Of a stretch of 64,000 bases of DNA, positions 29,390 through 46,176 are shown one piece after another; positions within the stretch are counted from its first letter, which is position 1, and the number at the start of each line of letters is the position of its first letter. The stretch lies in the NCBI RefSeq assembly GCF_009914755.1, contig NC_060929.1; one strand, given 5' to 3'. The stretch is from the human T2T-CHM13v2.0 reference genome, Homo sapiens. The notes under the pieces were generated by a model. It was not told the DNA's origin. It saw only the letters and a list, made by a program, of their open reading frames with translations, and did no database searches. Both the position numbers and the translations under genes were made by a program.

Positions 29390-30030
29390 TATTTGAAAAC
29401 GTCTTTATTTCCACTTTTTATGTAATATTTAAAAAATATTTTTTAGTCACTTTAATTGTGTTGGTCCTCTGTCTTCTTGCTGCCATTGTTTCTGATTAGA
29501 AACTGACTTTCATCTTTCTTTGTGCCCCTCTGTATGTAACATTTCTTTGCCTGACCCCACTTGATGCTTTTAAAATTTCCTCTTTATCAATGGTTTATAG
29601 CAAATTTATTATGATATGACTTGGATCTGTTTGCCTCATGTTTCCTGTGCTTGCTCTTCACAGAGATTCTTGTATCTGTTGGTTTACAGTTTGCATCAAA
29701 TTTTTTAAAAAGCAGCCATTATTATTTTAATTGTTTATTTTGTCTCTCATTACGTTCCTCCGTTTTGAAGATGCAAATTACATATATATCAAGCTCAAGC
29801 CACCTGATGTTGACATTCGCTGATTCTTTTTTTTTTAGATTTGCTTTTTTTCTGTTTCTGTGTTTAAGTTTTGGTAGTGTATATTTCTCTCGCTCTTCAA
29901 GTTTATTTATTTTTTTCTGCAACGTTAAATTTGTTATTCATTCTATTCAGTATATTTTTGTCTCTCACAGTGTAGTTTGGATTTTTAGAAGCTTGAATTA
30001 GGCTATTTTTATATCTTCCACTGAATAGAA
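29390..30030 (-). mobile_element. Old L1M scaffold (ORF1 region)
   Basis: cctctgtcttcttgctgccattgtttctgat, cttcaagtttatttattttt; K/E-rich antisense ORF 29722..29922 resembles a coiled-coil remnant. Confidence 0.6.
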
Positions 30031-30849
30031 TTTTGATAACTTAAAAAAATAACATTGCAAATATAGTATATTAAATTCCCAAATATCACACCCAGGTTCC
30101 CCAATTATTACATTATATTAGGATAATGCATTTTAAAATAATTAATGAGCATATTTTTATTAATTCTTATTAACTAGACTCCATGCTTTATTCAGATTTT
30201 CTTACTTTGAATTAATATTTTTTCTCTGTGTCAAGATCCCACCCATGATATTCTGTAACATTTAACTCACATGTCTTCATAGGCTCGTGACAATGACAGT
30301 TTGTCGGGTTTTTCTTGCTTTTTACAATCTTGACAGTTTTGAGGTGTTATGGTCAGGCGTTTTGTAGAATGCCCACGTTCATCACATCATATCCAGTGTA
30401 TGTCCTATCAAGATGATACATCACTGCTGACATTAATAATGACCACCTGGTGGAGTTAGTGCTTGTCAGGTCTCTCCACTGTAAAGTTGCTATCACAGCC
30501 TTCAGTGAAGAGTGGGTAGAAGAGTAAATACATAAATTATTCGGAATTCTTTTTTATGGGAGCCTTTTTTGTCCCATTTATTTATTTTTTGATTATCTAT
30601 ATCAGTATGGTCTCATGAGCATTTATTTTGTGTTTTGGAGTATAATCTAATAATACTTTACTTACATTATTAGTACATATACAGTTTTATTTGTCCATTA
30701 TACCCTAATAAAGCTGGAAAATGAAAAGGGAATAAGGAGGAAAGAATGGTTCCAGATTTGGGCATTAAGTGGTCTGTCAGTTGGCACCTGGCTGCTGTAG
30801 CCCTATGACATACCATGGTCGTGTGTGTGTGTGTGTGCCTGTGTGTGTT

Positions 30850-31324
30850 AAGACATCTTATGGCTCCTCAAAGATGCCCGCATTCTAACTCCTGGAACTA
30901 GTGAAAATTACTTAGGGAAGTTACCTCAAAAGAAAAATTCCAGGTATGATTAAGTTAAGTTAGAATGGAGAGATTATCCTGGATTATTTGAGCAGACTAG
31001 AAATTAATCACAAATGTTCCTTGTAGGAGGAGGCAGAGGGAGGTTTGACTATAGAAGAAAAGAAGGCAGTGTGACCATGGGAGTAGAAGTTGAGGTGATG
31101 CAGCCACAATTAAAAAATTCCAGCAACCTCAAGAAGCTGGAAGAGGCAAGAATAAGATTGTCCCCTACAGCATTCAGAAGGAGCCAGCCCTGCCAACACC
31201 ATGACATTAGCCCAATGAGACCCACTTCCGACGTCTGACTCTAGAACTGTAAGAACATATTTATTGTGCTATTTGAAGCCACATTTGTGTTGATTTCTTA
31301 TAACACTCATAGTAAGCCAATGCA
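30850..31324 (+). mobile_element. MLT1D-like solo LTR
   Basis: ggagagattatcctggattat, agaagctggaagaggcaag, agccctgccaacacc, ctagaactgtaaga. Confidence 0.8.
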
Positions 31325-31724
31325 TTCAACTTTTATATTTTCTTCTGCAGTCTTAGAATTGGCAATTACTAAAATCAGCACTGGCTGTTTATTTGAGAAT
31401 AAACGTATTTAGAACCATATCTGGTTACTGTGTGTGCCCAATGCTTCAGAGGTGCCTTTGTTTCTACATCCTCTGATGTAACAGTGCAAGAGAATGTATG
31501 TGTATATACTAACCTATGCATATCCAAATATCTATGAACATTGATAATAGTATATGTAGTCAGCTGTATCTATATTAAGCTAGACATTAATTTGTACTGA
31601 TGTCTCCAGCTCTAATCCATTACCACATGGATCATTCTTACCATCTCCCTTGCTCATCTGTAACCTCCAACTCCAACAGTGAAAATCTGGGCACTTAGCA
31701 TCCATCATCCACTTAATTGTTTAA

Positions 31725-31727
<3 letters not shown>

Positions 31728-31762
<35 letters not shown>

Positions 31763-31778
31763 ATGCGCGCGTGTGTGT
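31728..31778. repeat. (TG)n microsatellite
   Basis: About 17 perfect TG units, then gcatgcgcgcgtgtgtg. Confidence 0.9.
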
Positions 31779-33325
31779 TATCAGTATAAAACTAGCTCAC
31801 AACCTTGCAGAAAACTGTATCAACCAAAGAGGTTACATAGTTTCTTTTGCCTGTAGTCTTACAAATTCTACTCGTTTTCAAATTATTTAAGTCAGCACCA
31901 TTTTTCCTGACCTTCAGTAAAGCTATTTTAAACATTTGTCAGACATCAGTCTTTTGTCACATTCTGCATTCTACTCTGGGATCTCCTGACCTCCTAAATG
32001 ATTTATTTTTACCAATCTACATACATTAAGGTTACTCTTGGTGCTGTAAAGAACTATGAGTTTTGACACATATATTGTATCACATATCCACTGTTACACT
32101 ATCAAACAAAATAGTTTTACTGCCTAAAAAAGTCCCTCATAATCCACCTATTTACACTCTTCCCAGTTCCTTCTCCCTGTAACAAACAATTGATTTCTTT
32201 ACTATCTCTACATTTTTGCCTTTTCCAGAATGTCACAGTTAGAATTATATATTGCATAGCTTTTTTATTTTTAATTTACCTGCCATATTTAAGATTCTTT
32301 CATGTATTTTTAAGGTTTGGTAATTTGTTTTTTTTCTTTGTTGGGTTATATTTCACTATAAGGGTGGATCACAGTTCCTTTATCCATGAACATGTGGAAA
32401 GTCATCTTGGTTGCTTCCAGCTGTCACTGATTATGAATGAAGATGTTATAAACATTCACACAGAGTTTAGTGTCTTGGCATATATTTCAAATCAGTTCAG
32501 TACATATCTAGGAGGGAAATTGCTGGACTATATGAAAATATTAAGTCTACGTTTGTAAGAAACTTCCAAAGTATCTCTCAAAATGGCCACTTTGCCCTCC
32601 CACAAGTGGTGAATTAGAGATCCTGTTGTTTTACATTCTTCACTATTGGCATTGTCTTTGTTTTGTTTTGTTTTGTTTCATTTGTTTGCCATTCTAATGG
32701 GCATGTAGTGGTACTTCTACTATTTTGATATGTAATGTCTTATGACAAATGATGTTACCATGTTTTCATATGTGTATTTTCCATCTGTATAGCTTCTCTA
32801 ATGAGGTATCTTTTCAAATCTTTTGCTCATCATTTATTTTTTGTCTTATATTTTGAGTTTTGAGGTTTTTTTATTTTGAATATAAATCAGAAATCTGTTT
32901 TTACAAATATTTTATACATCTGTAGCTTGTTGCATTATTATCTTAACAGTGTCTTTTGCCTAACAGAAAATTTAATTTTAATAAAGTACAATTTGTCAAT
33001 GTTTTCTTTCATAGACCATGCTTTTTGTATTGAATCCAAAATCTCATTAACCAAAGTCACAGTGATTTCTTCCTAAGATTTTTTTGTTATGGAAATTTTA
33101 TAGTTTTACATTTTATATGTAGACCTAGGATCAATTTTGAGTTGATTTTTGTGAAAGGTGTAATGTCTGTGTTGATATGCATCTTTAAAAAAAAATATGC
33201 ACATCCAACTGTTCCAGCACCATGTGATGAAAAGACTTCTCTTGTTCTATGATATTGCCTTTTCTCTTTTGATAAAAATTAGTTTACTGTGTTTATGACT
33301 ATGTCTGGGCTATCTATTTTGTTTG

Positions 33326-33490
33326 TATATATATACACACACACACATATTACATATATGATATATATATTATATATAAAATACATAATGTATGTATATA
33401 ATGTAATATATATATATTACCAAAATATGGTCTCTTTTGGTGAGGGTCTCATATATATATAATGTAATATATATACATTATATATATATA
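33326..33490. repeat. (TA)n-rich low-complexity tract
   Basis: Direct reading; contains a 32-bp non-TA insert (see findings). Confidence 0.8.
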
Positions 33491-35520
33491 TGAACAGGGC
33501 TGGTGAGAAAAGTCCTTCTTGCGTTGTTCCACATCTTAAGGGGAAAATATTTTGTTTCCCAACCTTAATTATTATGTTAATTATAGGCTTTTTGTGATTA
33601 TTTTTAATTAAAGTAAGAAAATTTCTCTCTATTCCTAGTGTCCTGAGAGTTTTATCATGAATGTTGTGTTGAATAATTTTTATACATCAATTAATATAAT
33701 TACTTGATACTTCTTCAGTTTGTTGATGCAGCGGTGATTGATTTTCAAACTTTGAACCATCCTTGCATAAATGAATAAATCCCACTTGGTGGTGGTATAT
33801 ACTTCTTAATTCACTATTGTATTTTATTTATTCATATTTTCTGGGAGTTTTTTGTGCCCCCACAACAGGGCTTGATGACTTCTTTTTTGGAATGTTATTA
33901 TTTATTAAATTACTTAAATAGATATAGACCTATTCAGATATTTATTTCTCCTTGTGTGAATTTTGGTAGTTTGTATCTTTCAAGGAATTGTTGTGTGGGT
34001 ACTTAGTTATGCAGTACTTCTTATTATCCTTTTAATATACATGATATAGAAAGTAATGACTACTCTTTTTTTCTTTTATTTCTGGTTTTATAAATTTTGT
34101 CTTCTCTATTTTGTTTGTGGCTGGACTGGCTTGGATTGAGGATTAGAAATTTTCAGATCTTTTCAAAGAATACAATGTTAGTTTTGTTGATTTTTAAATT
34201 GTTTTCCAATTTTCCATTTCAATGATTTTCTCCCCTTTTATTATTTATTTTATTCTCCTTGTTTTATGTTTAACTTGGTCTTTTTTCTCTAGTTGCTGAA
34301 CACTTGATTTTACGTCTTTAATATTTTCGAATATATGCACTTAATGCTATACATTTCTCACTAATCATTACTTTTACTATATTCTACAAACTTTCATAAG
34401 TTTGTTTTACATATTTGTTTAGTGTTACCTATTTTTAAATTTATTTTGAGATAAATAATTCTGTAATTCACATATTATTTAGAAGTACACTGTTTGATGT
34501 TCAAATATTTAACAATTTTCCAGATATTTTTATTATTGACTTATAATCCTATTGTGTTCTGAAAAGATAATCTATATGGCTTCTATTTTCTTGAATTTCT
34601 TAAGGTATAGTTTAGGAACAAAATATTGTCTCTTTTGGTGAGAGTCTCATGAGAGTATGAGAAGAATAGCTATTCTCCTGTTCTTGGGTGCAGTATTCTA
34701 CAAATGTTAATTACATCAAGTTGATTGATAGTGCTGCTCAAGTCAACTACAACCTTATTGACTTTTTTTTGGCCTGGTTGGTCTATCAATTACTAAAAGA
34801 TAAACTGAAGTCTTCAACTATAAAAGCAAATTTGTCTATCTGCTCAGTACAATCTGTTTTTGTCTCACATATTTTAACACTATTGTTAGAGCTTCATATG
34901 TTAAAGATCCCTACGTCTTTTTGGAAAATGTGTCCTTTTATCATTAAATAATACCACTCTTTATTCCTGGCAATTTTCCATGATGTGAAGTCCACTTCAT
35001 TTAAAATTAATATAGCTATGCAACTTTCTTTTGAAATATTCTTCTCCCAGATTGGATAAGCTCTGCTAAGTTCTTCCCCCCTGAAAAAAAAAAAAGGCCT
35101 TTTTTAATATAGTGAGCACGGGGATTATTTTACAATTACTCTTCTCTTCTCTCTGCCACAGTTATGGGAGGATATTTTTCAGATCTTCATCATAAGAACC
35201 TGGTAGAGTCCCTGGAGGTAATTTCCATGAATATGTCTCTCCTCCCCAAACTGCAGTCCATACTCGTCCTCCAGCAATTTTTCAGAACTACTAACTTTTC
35301 CTTCCAGTTTATAGTTCCAGCATCTTCTGCTGCAGGTAAGGAAATATGCGCTGTGACTCTGGAGTCATCTGTGTCTTCAGATGTCATGGCGATGGTTTTC
35401 CCTGAAACCTCAGTTTCATGGTAAGCACAAAAAAATTACGTGAATTTTAGTTTGTTCAATTTCTCTGTTGGTGTAAGGACTGAAGTGACAGCTTCCAAAC
35501 TCTGTATTTTGTGGCTACAA

Positions 35521-36109
35521 ATAGAAATCTATAATAACCTTTTAAATGTCTAATAATTCTGATAGCTTTATCAATTCTGGGTTGGTTTTAATTAACTGAA
35601 TCATCTTTTTATTTTGGGTTATATTTTCCTGCTTCTTTGCATACTGATAGCATAAACATCTATTTTGCCTCCGGATGTGCTGAATATTTTTGTATCCATA
35701 TAAATGTACATATATATGTGTGTGTGTGTGTATGTATTTTACATTTTCTTGTATCTGATATGTACCTAAATTTTTTATAATCATTTGTTCTGTTCAAGTC
35801 TTGCTTTTAAGATTTTTGGGGATGTTCAAGAGCAATATTGAGTCAGGAGTGGTTTTTGTTTCACTACAATGACAACATTTTTCTGATTATTCTATCTCAT
35901 ATATTTGCATAATGAGATTTTACAGGCTGTCTGCAGAAAACAGCACTAAGGCACTATTTTTGAGTGTGCAGCAGTTACCTATAACTCTTTTATAGTTTTT
36001 TCCCCATTCCCATGTAGTCTCTTCACACACACGCACTAGTAAGTAACCAGCTGATCACTGAGTGTATCATTTGCAGATCACCAAAATTATCTTTCTGGAA
36101 GTTCTCTTC
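35521..36109 (-). mobile_element. Old L1M 5' region
   Basis: ttgggttatattttcctgcttctttgcat; continues on the other side of the ERV at 44004. Confidence 0.5.
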
Positions 36110-36559
36110 TGTTTGTTTGAAAAAATAAACAAATAAACAAATCAAACCCTCTAGAGAAGTTAAATTTAGCAGAGTTTATTTTAGCAAAGAATGATTCATG
36201 AGTTGAAGAGCACTCAGAACCAGGAGAGGTACAGAGAGCTCCACCCAGCAACGTGGGCAGGCAGTATTTACAGAGAGAAAAAAAAGGAAGTGGCAGACAC
36301 AACAGCTTGATTGAATACAGCTCAACATCTGCCTTATTTGAGCATGGAGTGATGAGGCATTTGCCTTACATGAACATGATCTCATAAGTGGGCATCCTGT
36401 CATTCACCAAAACCCAGCTGCCATGATTGGCTGGGACTCGAACATTTGCTACAATAATATACTCTTAGGTTGTAGTTTATTTCTTATTAAGTTAGGTTGT
36501 AGCTTGCTAAGTGTAGAATCAAGATACCGAGCAAATTTAGGCCAGATTTAATTGAACAA

Positions 36560-38200
<1,641 letters not shown>

Positions 38201-38249
38201 TCTCTGTGGAAGCTATCAATGATAAAATCTTAATTTTCACATTATCTTT

Positions 38250-39200
38250 CCATGTATAGACAGAAGATAAACAGTAGGAAAAGAGAAAAATTTCATGGTG
38301 ACTGTAGACAGACCCTTGGTCTGTGATCTTGGGATAGTTGTGTACTTCAGGGATGTTTTCTTCTTCTAAGGAGAAGCCTCCCTGGTCAGTTTCACCTTGA
38401 TGTCTCCAGTGTGTGTATGGTCCCAAGAGTCTAGAGGGGCTCTTTGAGTTAAGAGATGTGGATACAAGACTTGAGTCTCTGAAGTTTTGCTGCAGGGTAG
38501 AACTTGGCATAGTTCCTTTCAAGAGAGTTCAACTGTGGTCTTTCTCTGGTGTTGTTTCCAAGAGACCAAATCTGCATGTTCTAGGCTGTGAAAGGTCTGC
38601 CTGTCATCTGTTCATGGGTCATGAAGAGCTTCTTTTACCTGGAGAAAATATACTTGGCCTCGTGTATGAAAGCTTTAAAATACTGGTTCATGTCAGTTTA
38701 TAAGGGCATGAGGTACATAAGATTTTATTATTAGAAGAATAGGTACTCCAGTCACTATTTTATTGGGGTCAATTTTTGCTTTCCAGTGGGAATGAATCGG
38801 ATTACCATCAATCAGGAATAACTCTGACCAAGGTAATGCAATTATGCTAGCTTTGCAGGATGACATAGTGTTTGTAATACCTTATTTGACTATTTTATAC
38901 CTTCTCCACTGAAACAATTATCTCTAACGATGGAGATTTCTCCAGGAATATCCCATAAAGGAAACACATTTTTTTTTTCCAACAATCTTTTAGGTACCAC
39001 TTTAAAAGTGTTTTTTCTGCATAGGGAAGTTTCTATACTACCAAAAACATACACAGAAGAAGGCAACTGAATGAATCCACTTGTGTTTGTTCAAATAGTC
39101 CAGCAGATGATGGAAACGTGTCACTTGAAGATTTTGTTGCCTTACTAGAATTATGGACTTGACAAATCAAAGATTGATTATAAACAACTTTCACAATTTT
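38250..39200 (-). pseudogene. ERV pol integrase remnant
   Basis: Minus strand 38445-38543 gives KTTVELS*KELCQVL/AAKLQRLKSCIHIS*LK, a decayed form of the integrase C-terminal PRWKGPYQVLL...WIHISQLK motif. Confidence 0.65.
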
Positions 39201-39316
39201 AGATAGTCACAAAAACATATTTTTATTATTCATATTATTTTATCCACTCCAAAAGGAGTTGGAACGCAGAGCATTTAATAATAGAAGTGTTACATTTATG
39301 CCAAGACAGAGAAGCA

Positions 39317-39363
39317 TTTTTTTTTTTTGAGATGGGGTCTCACTCTGTTGCCCAGGCTGGAGT
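39317..39363 (-). mobile_element. Severely 5'-truncated Alu 3' end
   Basis: T-run then gagatggggtctcactctgttgcccaggctggagt. Confidence 0.8.
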
Positions 39364-39993
39364 CCTAAGTGTTAAGAACTCGAATAACCAGGCTACCATC
39401 CAGGCTTTCCATGAACCCACACTTTACATTGAATTAAAATCCCTTTAAACACTAGCTTTGTTTCTCCAATTCAGGTGCCTAGCGGTGTTTATTAAATATA
39501 TTATCATAGGTGATTTACTTGGATCAATCTTATGAAGTTCATTCAAATTGCACATCTTAATGATTTCAGTATTGGCTGAGTTAGCATGAAAATCTGTCAA
39601 AACATTTCCTCGGTGATCAATTAATTCTTGTCTTGCTTGGTGTTGGGTTAGCAGTTTTATGAAACCACATTTTTCTGTTAGAGTTCTGAAAATTCTTACC
39701 CAAGACTAGTAGTATGATTGGATTTCTAAGAATTTCATATAAATTTTGAAACACATATTACCCAAGTGGTAATTTAATGACTTCAAACAAGAAAAGTTAC
39801 ACAGTTGTAGAAAAATTTTAACTTTTTTAACAGAGATGTCTCAGTTCTCTTAAATTATCATTAATCTACTAAAGACAAGATGAAGCACAGGAAATTATAT
39901 TGGTAAAACATAAATCTTTTTTCCTTTGGCCAATTATCTAAAAAATAAAGAAAAACCTCTCATAATTTCCTATTAAGAAAAAACCAATACTAA

Positions 39994-40392
<399 letters not shown>

Positions 40393-40675
40393 TAATTTGT
40401 AGAAAAATTTATAACCAAGTACCTTCTAATCTTAAATAGTTTGATCACATATAAAATTCCTTTTGTTCGATTCATCTTTCACAGATCTTTTTAGGCTTTC
40501 TTAACCATTCAGATTTTGTCCTACACTTCTCCTCTTCTTATTTTTGAACAACCCATCCTACTAATTTTGGAAAAAACTTACTCTTTTCTATTAAAAAAAA
40601 ATCTGCTTACCTTATAGCTTTTCCTTACCAAAATCACATCTTACCTGTCTTGTATACTTGCATACATAATTTTAT

Positions 40676-40681
<6 letters not shown>

Positions 40682-40724
<43 letters not shown>
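40682..40724. repeat. (TA)n microsatellite
   Basis: About 21 perfect AT units. Confidence 0.95.
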
Positions 40725-40728
<4 letters not shown>

Positions 40729-40861
40729 TGCTTAACTTTTAGCAACTTTATTTTCCAGTGAACTCTAGGAAGCAAGCAACTGCCTGTCACACCAGCAAGA
40801 TGCAATGTGTAGATTGGCAAATCTATGAATCATAACTTCTAGAAGTAGATGTTCTTCATAG

Positions 40862-42170
<1,309 letters not shown>

Positions 42171-44209
42171 GTTAGCCATCATCTCGTTATTAACTATAAT
42201 ATAGAGATAAAACAAGCTTATTTTACCAGTAAACATAGGTAAGAAAAGTTGTATGTCTGAATTATATTTAATCCTGAAAACTCTGAAGATATAACTGTTG
42301 TAATCAAATCAACAATATTCTCATTTACCAAAGATTACCTAATCCACATAAACTTGAAAAGATTTAGGGTTACTTCTTATTGTTCTGAGAAAATAATTAA
42401 TATAAGCATTTATTCTTATTAAGTCAATTAAACAGAGCTTTTATACAATTTAATTTTGGCAATATCATAAAAAGATAGCAAATTATTACACATATATATA
42501 TCATACATACAGACATATATAGCTATATAGACAGGAACAGATCTCATAGCTGCCATTGTGAAACTTTAGCCACATCCCAGGTACAATAATACAAAGTTCA
42601 CTAATTTACTAAACAATATTTGAATTCATTTTTTTCCAGCAGAGTTTTGGGGAATATCAAGGATCATGACAACATAAAAGAGATGGGCAGAGCTGGCAGA
42701 ATGTAAAGTCAGCAAGGTTTTCAGAAAGGGGATCTCAGCTGACAGTTTCCCATGGGGGATGTAGGGTCAAACAGAAGGGCACAGAGGACTAACTCTTACA
42801 ACTATTTTTTCGGCAAGTGGTTCAAATGTCAGTCGGACGGGCTTGGTCACAGTGACCTTTCAGACTTGATTTGAAACCTTCACGACAGTAATATTCTTGA
42901 TTTTTTTTTCTCTGAGAGAATTGCTGATTATTTTCCCAGGAATGAAGCCACTGGGGGCTACCTCTAGTGGAGATAATCCAAGCTAAACAAAGTAGACCCA
43001 TCAGTTGACTGGTGTAAAATGGACAATTTCTTCTCCAATGGTTTGGCTGTTTACAATTAAGGTAGACATCTCAGGGCACAGGGGTCTTTAGTTTGGGATC
43101 CCTCTGTTTGAGTTTGCATATGGAAGTCCTCTTGGTCCCTGCAGCTGTAAAGACATGCACCTGTTTGCCTTTTATAAAAAGTGTATCCACTGTGATCCGT
43201 GTAACTTTGAGTTACTTTTACTAAGATTCACCCATTTCTCCAGAAAAAAACAAGTTCTGGGTGCATAGTTCTTCTACATAAAATCGGCAAGAGTTCCATA
43301 CTCCTAAGATCCAAATGAATCCATGATTCCCTGTCTTCTAGTAACCTTGACTACCTACTTAACCTAGTCCAGTGTCTGCCTGACCCAGTCAAACACCAGA
43401 GACCTCCTTACAGGACTCAGTCTTATTACTATCACAACTTCCAAATCAAGTATTGATAAAAGATACTCAAATAAACTCAGAGCGCTAAACATGTAAGTTT
43501 GTGGATCTAGAATGAGAGAGAAAACTAACCCTTGACTCCAGCTGCCGCAAGATATGAATGGGCAAAACGGGCCCAGTAGGTATCTTCCATTGGTCACCTA
43601 CTGTTCCTGGGGGTCAAGGGAGATTTACTTTGGATGTGACCTCTGATGCCTAAATTTTAAAAGAATAACTTTAGATAAGTTAAATTTGACAGGGTTTATT
43701 TGAGCAAAGAACAAGTCATGCATCAGGCAGCATTCATATCCAGGAGTGGTTCAGAGAGCTCTACCCAGCAACATGGGCAGGCAGTATTTACATACTTAAA
43801 AAAAGGTAGTGACATACAGAAACGCTTCATGGATTACAACTTGGCATGTGCCCAATTTGGGCCTAGTGTAATCATTTGGCAGGCTGTGATTGGCTGAAAT
43901 TCAGCTACTAGTTATAAAAACATATATTTTTAGGTTAGACTGTGGTTCTCTAGGGATGGACTCAAGATAAAAAGGCTTTAAGCCAAATTTAATTTAATTT
44001 AACTTAACCCTTTTCTCCAGGACTATCAGGAAAACTACAGCAATCTTGGTTTTCCTGGATTTTCAGGTTCATCTGCTCAACACAGGGAGACTATCAGGCC
44101 TCTCCTTGGTGCCCCCTACCTGTATTGTGGTCTGAAAACTCCCTTGAGGCAGACATGCAGCCAAACTTAGGGTTCAGCTTGCTTGTTTCTCAGCTCTCAG
44201 GAATCGCCA

Positions 44210-44213
<4 letters not shown>

Positions 44214-44255
<42 letters not shown>

Positions 44256-44531
44256 CAGAGTTTTCCTCTTATCACCCAGGCTGGAGGGCAATGGTGTGAT
44301 CTCGGCTCACTGCAACCTCTGTCAGGTTCAAATGGTTCTCCTGCCTCAGCCTCCTGAGTAGCTAGGATTACAGATGTGCAACACCACACCCCACTAATTT
44401 CTGTATTTTTTAGTAGAGAAGAGGTTTTGCCATGTTGGCCAGGCTGGTCTCGAACTCCTGACCTCAGGTGATCTGCCCACCTCAGCCTCCCAAAGTGCTA
44501 GGATTACAGGTGTGAGCCACTGTGCCCGGCC
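44214..44531 (-). mobile_element. Alu (AluSq/Sp-like) whose tail is a (TG)n microsatellite
   Basis: About 20 TG units at 44213-44254 run directly into gacagagttttcctcttatcacccaggctgg. Confidence 0.93.
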
Positions 44532-44559
44532 TTTTTTGTCTTTTTGTAACTGTTTTATT

Positions 44560-44765
44560 TCATTGAGAGGAACGTCTCAAAAGTTTATCCATGTCGTACT
44601 ATGTATCAGAATTTCCTTCCTCTTTAAGGTTGAATGATATTCCATTGTATGTAATTAGCACATTTTGCTTATGTGTTCATAGACACTAGGGTGACTTCCA
44701 CCTTTTGGCTATTGTGAATAATATTCCTGTGAACATGGGTGTACAGATATTGTCCAAGTCCCTGC
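44560..44765 (-). mobile_element. L1MB/MA fragment
   Basis: tcagaatttccttcctctttaaggttgaatgatattccattgtatg...ttccaccttttggctattgtgaataat. Confidence 0.75.
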
Positions 44766-44785
44766 TAGGAGGATTTGCCCCAGAA

Positions 44786-44835
44786 TAGTGGCTTCTTGAA
44801 CTTTAATGTTCATGTGAATCACCTAGAGATGCTAA
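44786..44835. mobile_element. MER5A-like end fragment
   Basis: agtggcttcttgaactttaatgttcatgtgaatcacctagagatgct. Confidence 0.5.
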
Positions 44836-44837
44836 TC

Positions 44838-45003
44838 TCATTAAACAACCACCGACATTCTTCACAGAATTAGACAAAACTATTTTAACGTTTATATGGA
44901 ACCAAAAAAAGAGCCTGTATAGCCAAGATAATCCCAAGCAAAAAGAGCAAAGCTGGAGGCATTACGCTACCCAACTTCAAACTATACTACAAGGCTACAG
45001 TAA
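44838..45003 (+). mobile_element. Isolated internal L1PA/PB ORF2 fragment
   Basis: acattcttcacagaattag...aaagctggaggcattacgctacccaacttcaaactatactacaaggctacagtaa; no 3' UTR or polyA. Confidence 0.85.
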
Positions 45004-45789
45004 GGGATCTCCATTCTTCTTGCTTCTTGTCCAATGTCTTGAAAACCACTGTTTTGTGTATTTTGTCTGTTGTTTTTTAGGAGAGGGTAAATCCAGTCTT
45101 TGTTACTCCATCTCAGGTAGAATCATAAATCCCCATGTACATAAAATTTGATCTAATTTATGATGTCACATAAAAGGCCCCTTTACTTATAACTTAAGAA
45201 TAAATAATAAAGGAGAAGACATTTTTTAATGTTCTGTTCCAGATTCTTAACTTTTGGAAAAGTGGTGCTCAAAAAAAATCTTAGACTGAATTCAGTGTGT
45301 GAATTTGGGGACAATTTACTTAGCAATGTTCTAACACATCACTTTAAGGCCATCATATGAAATAATCAATTTAATGCCCACTAAATTGAGAGGGAGGAGA
45401 CTACTTTCTACTACACACATAGTTAGAGGAAAGCTGAGAAATTACATGGAAACAATTTCACAGCCATTCTTTATCACTTACTCTATGGTTGGCCAGAATG
45501 AGAGTGTGTGCAATGGCTACTTGCACAGAGAAGGTGACAGAGTAAGAGAAAGAATGAGTCACGGAATGGTGGACAGAGAGAGAGAGAGTCATCTCTGAAC
45601 CTGGGTTGCCAGCCGTGGTCACAACCACATTTCCAAGGGTGGCAGCTGCTCGGTGTCATTGTTCTTTAACTTTTTCTTCTCACCATCACCTGGTTCATAA
45701 AACCTTTACATAAAGAAGTACCCAAATGTTATCTTTTCTTCTTCCTGAATCTCAACTTTATGTTTTATCTGCAGGCACAGATACTTTGT

Positions 45790-46176
45790 GCTAAGGCTTG
45801 AACTGTGTCCCTGCAAAATTCTTATGTTGAAGCTTCAACATTTGGCATAATGGTATTTAAAGGTGGGACCTTTGGGAGGTAACCAAGGTTAGATGAAGTC
45901 ACGAGGCTGAGGCCCTCTTGATGGGATCAGTCCCCTTATAAGAACAAGCACCACAGATTTCTCTTTTCTCATACTCCATACACAGAGAAAAGGCCAGGTG
46001 AGGACCCAGCAAGGAGGCAGTTGCCTGCAAGCCAGGAAGAGGTCCTCCCCAGGAACTGCCCATCCTGGCACTCTGATGCCAGACTTCCGGCCTCCACACT
46101 GGGAGAAAATAAATTTCTCTGTCTCCCAGTCTATGGTACTACTATTTGGGTTATAGCAGCCTGAGCAGACTGATAT
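45790..46176 (+). mobile_element. MSTD/MLT1A-like solo LTR
   Basis: ggtgggacctttgggaggtaa, tgcaagccaggaagag, gagaaaataaatttct, ttatagcagcctgagcagactga. Confidence 0.8.

Larger units (their letters stand above)
30043..35520 (-). mobile_element. Long L1MC/L1MD-type LINE-1 nested in the older L1
   Basis: 3' UTR motifs shared with 5110-6670 (gtcaggtctctccactgtaaagtt, cagtatggtctcatgagcatt), then antisense ORF2; possible degenerate TSD atagaattttgataac / atagaaatctataataac. Confidence 0.7.
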
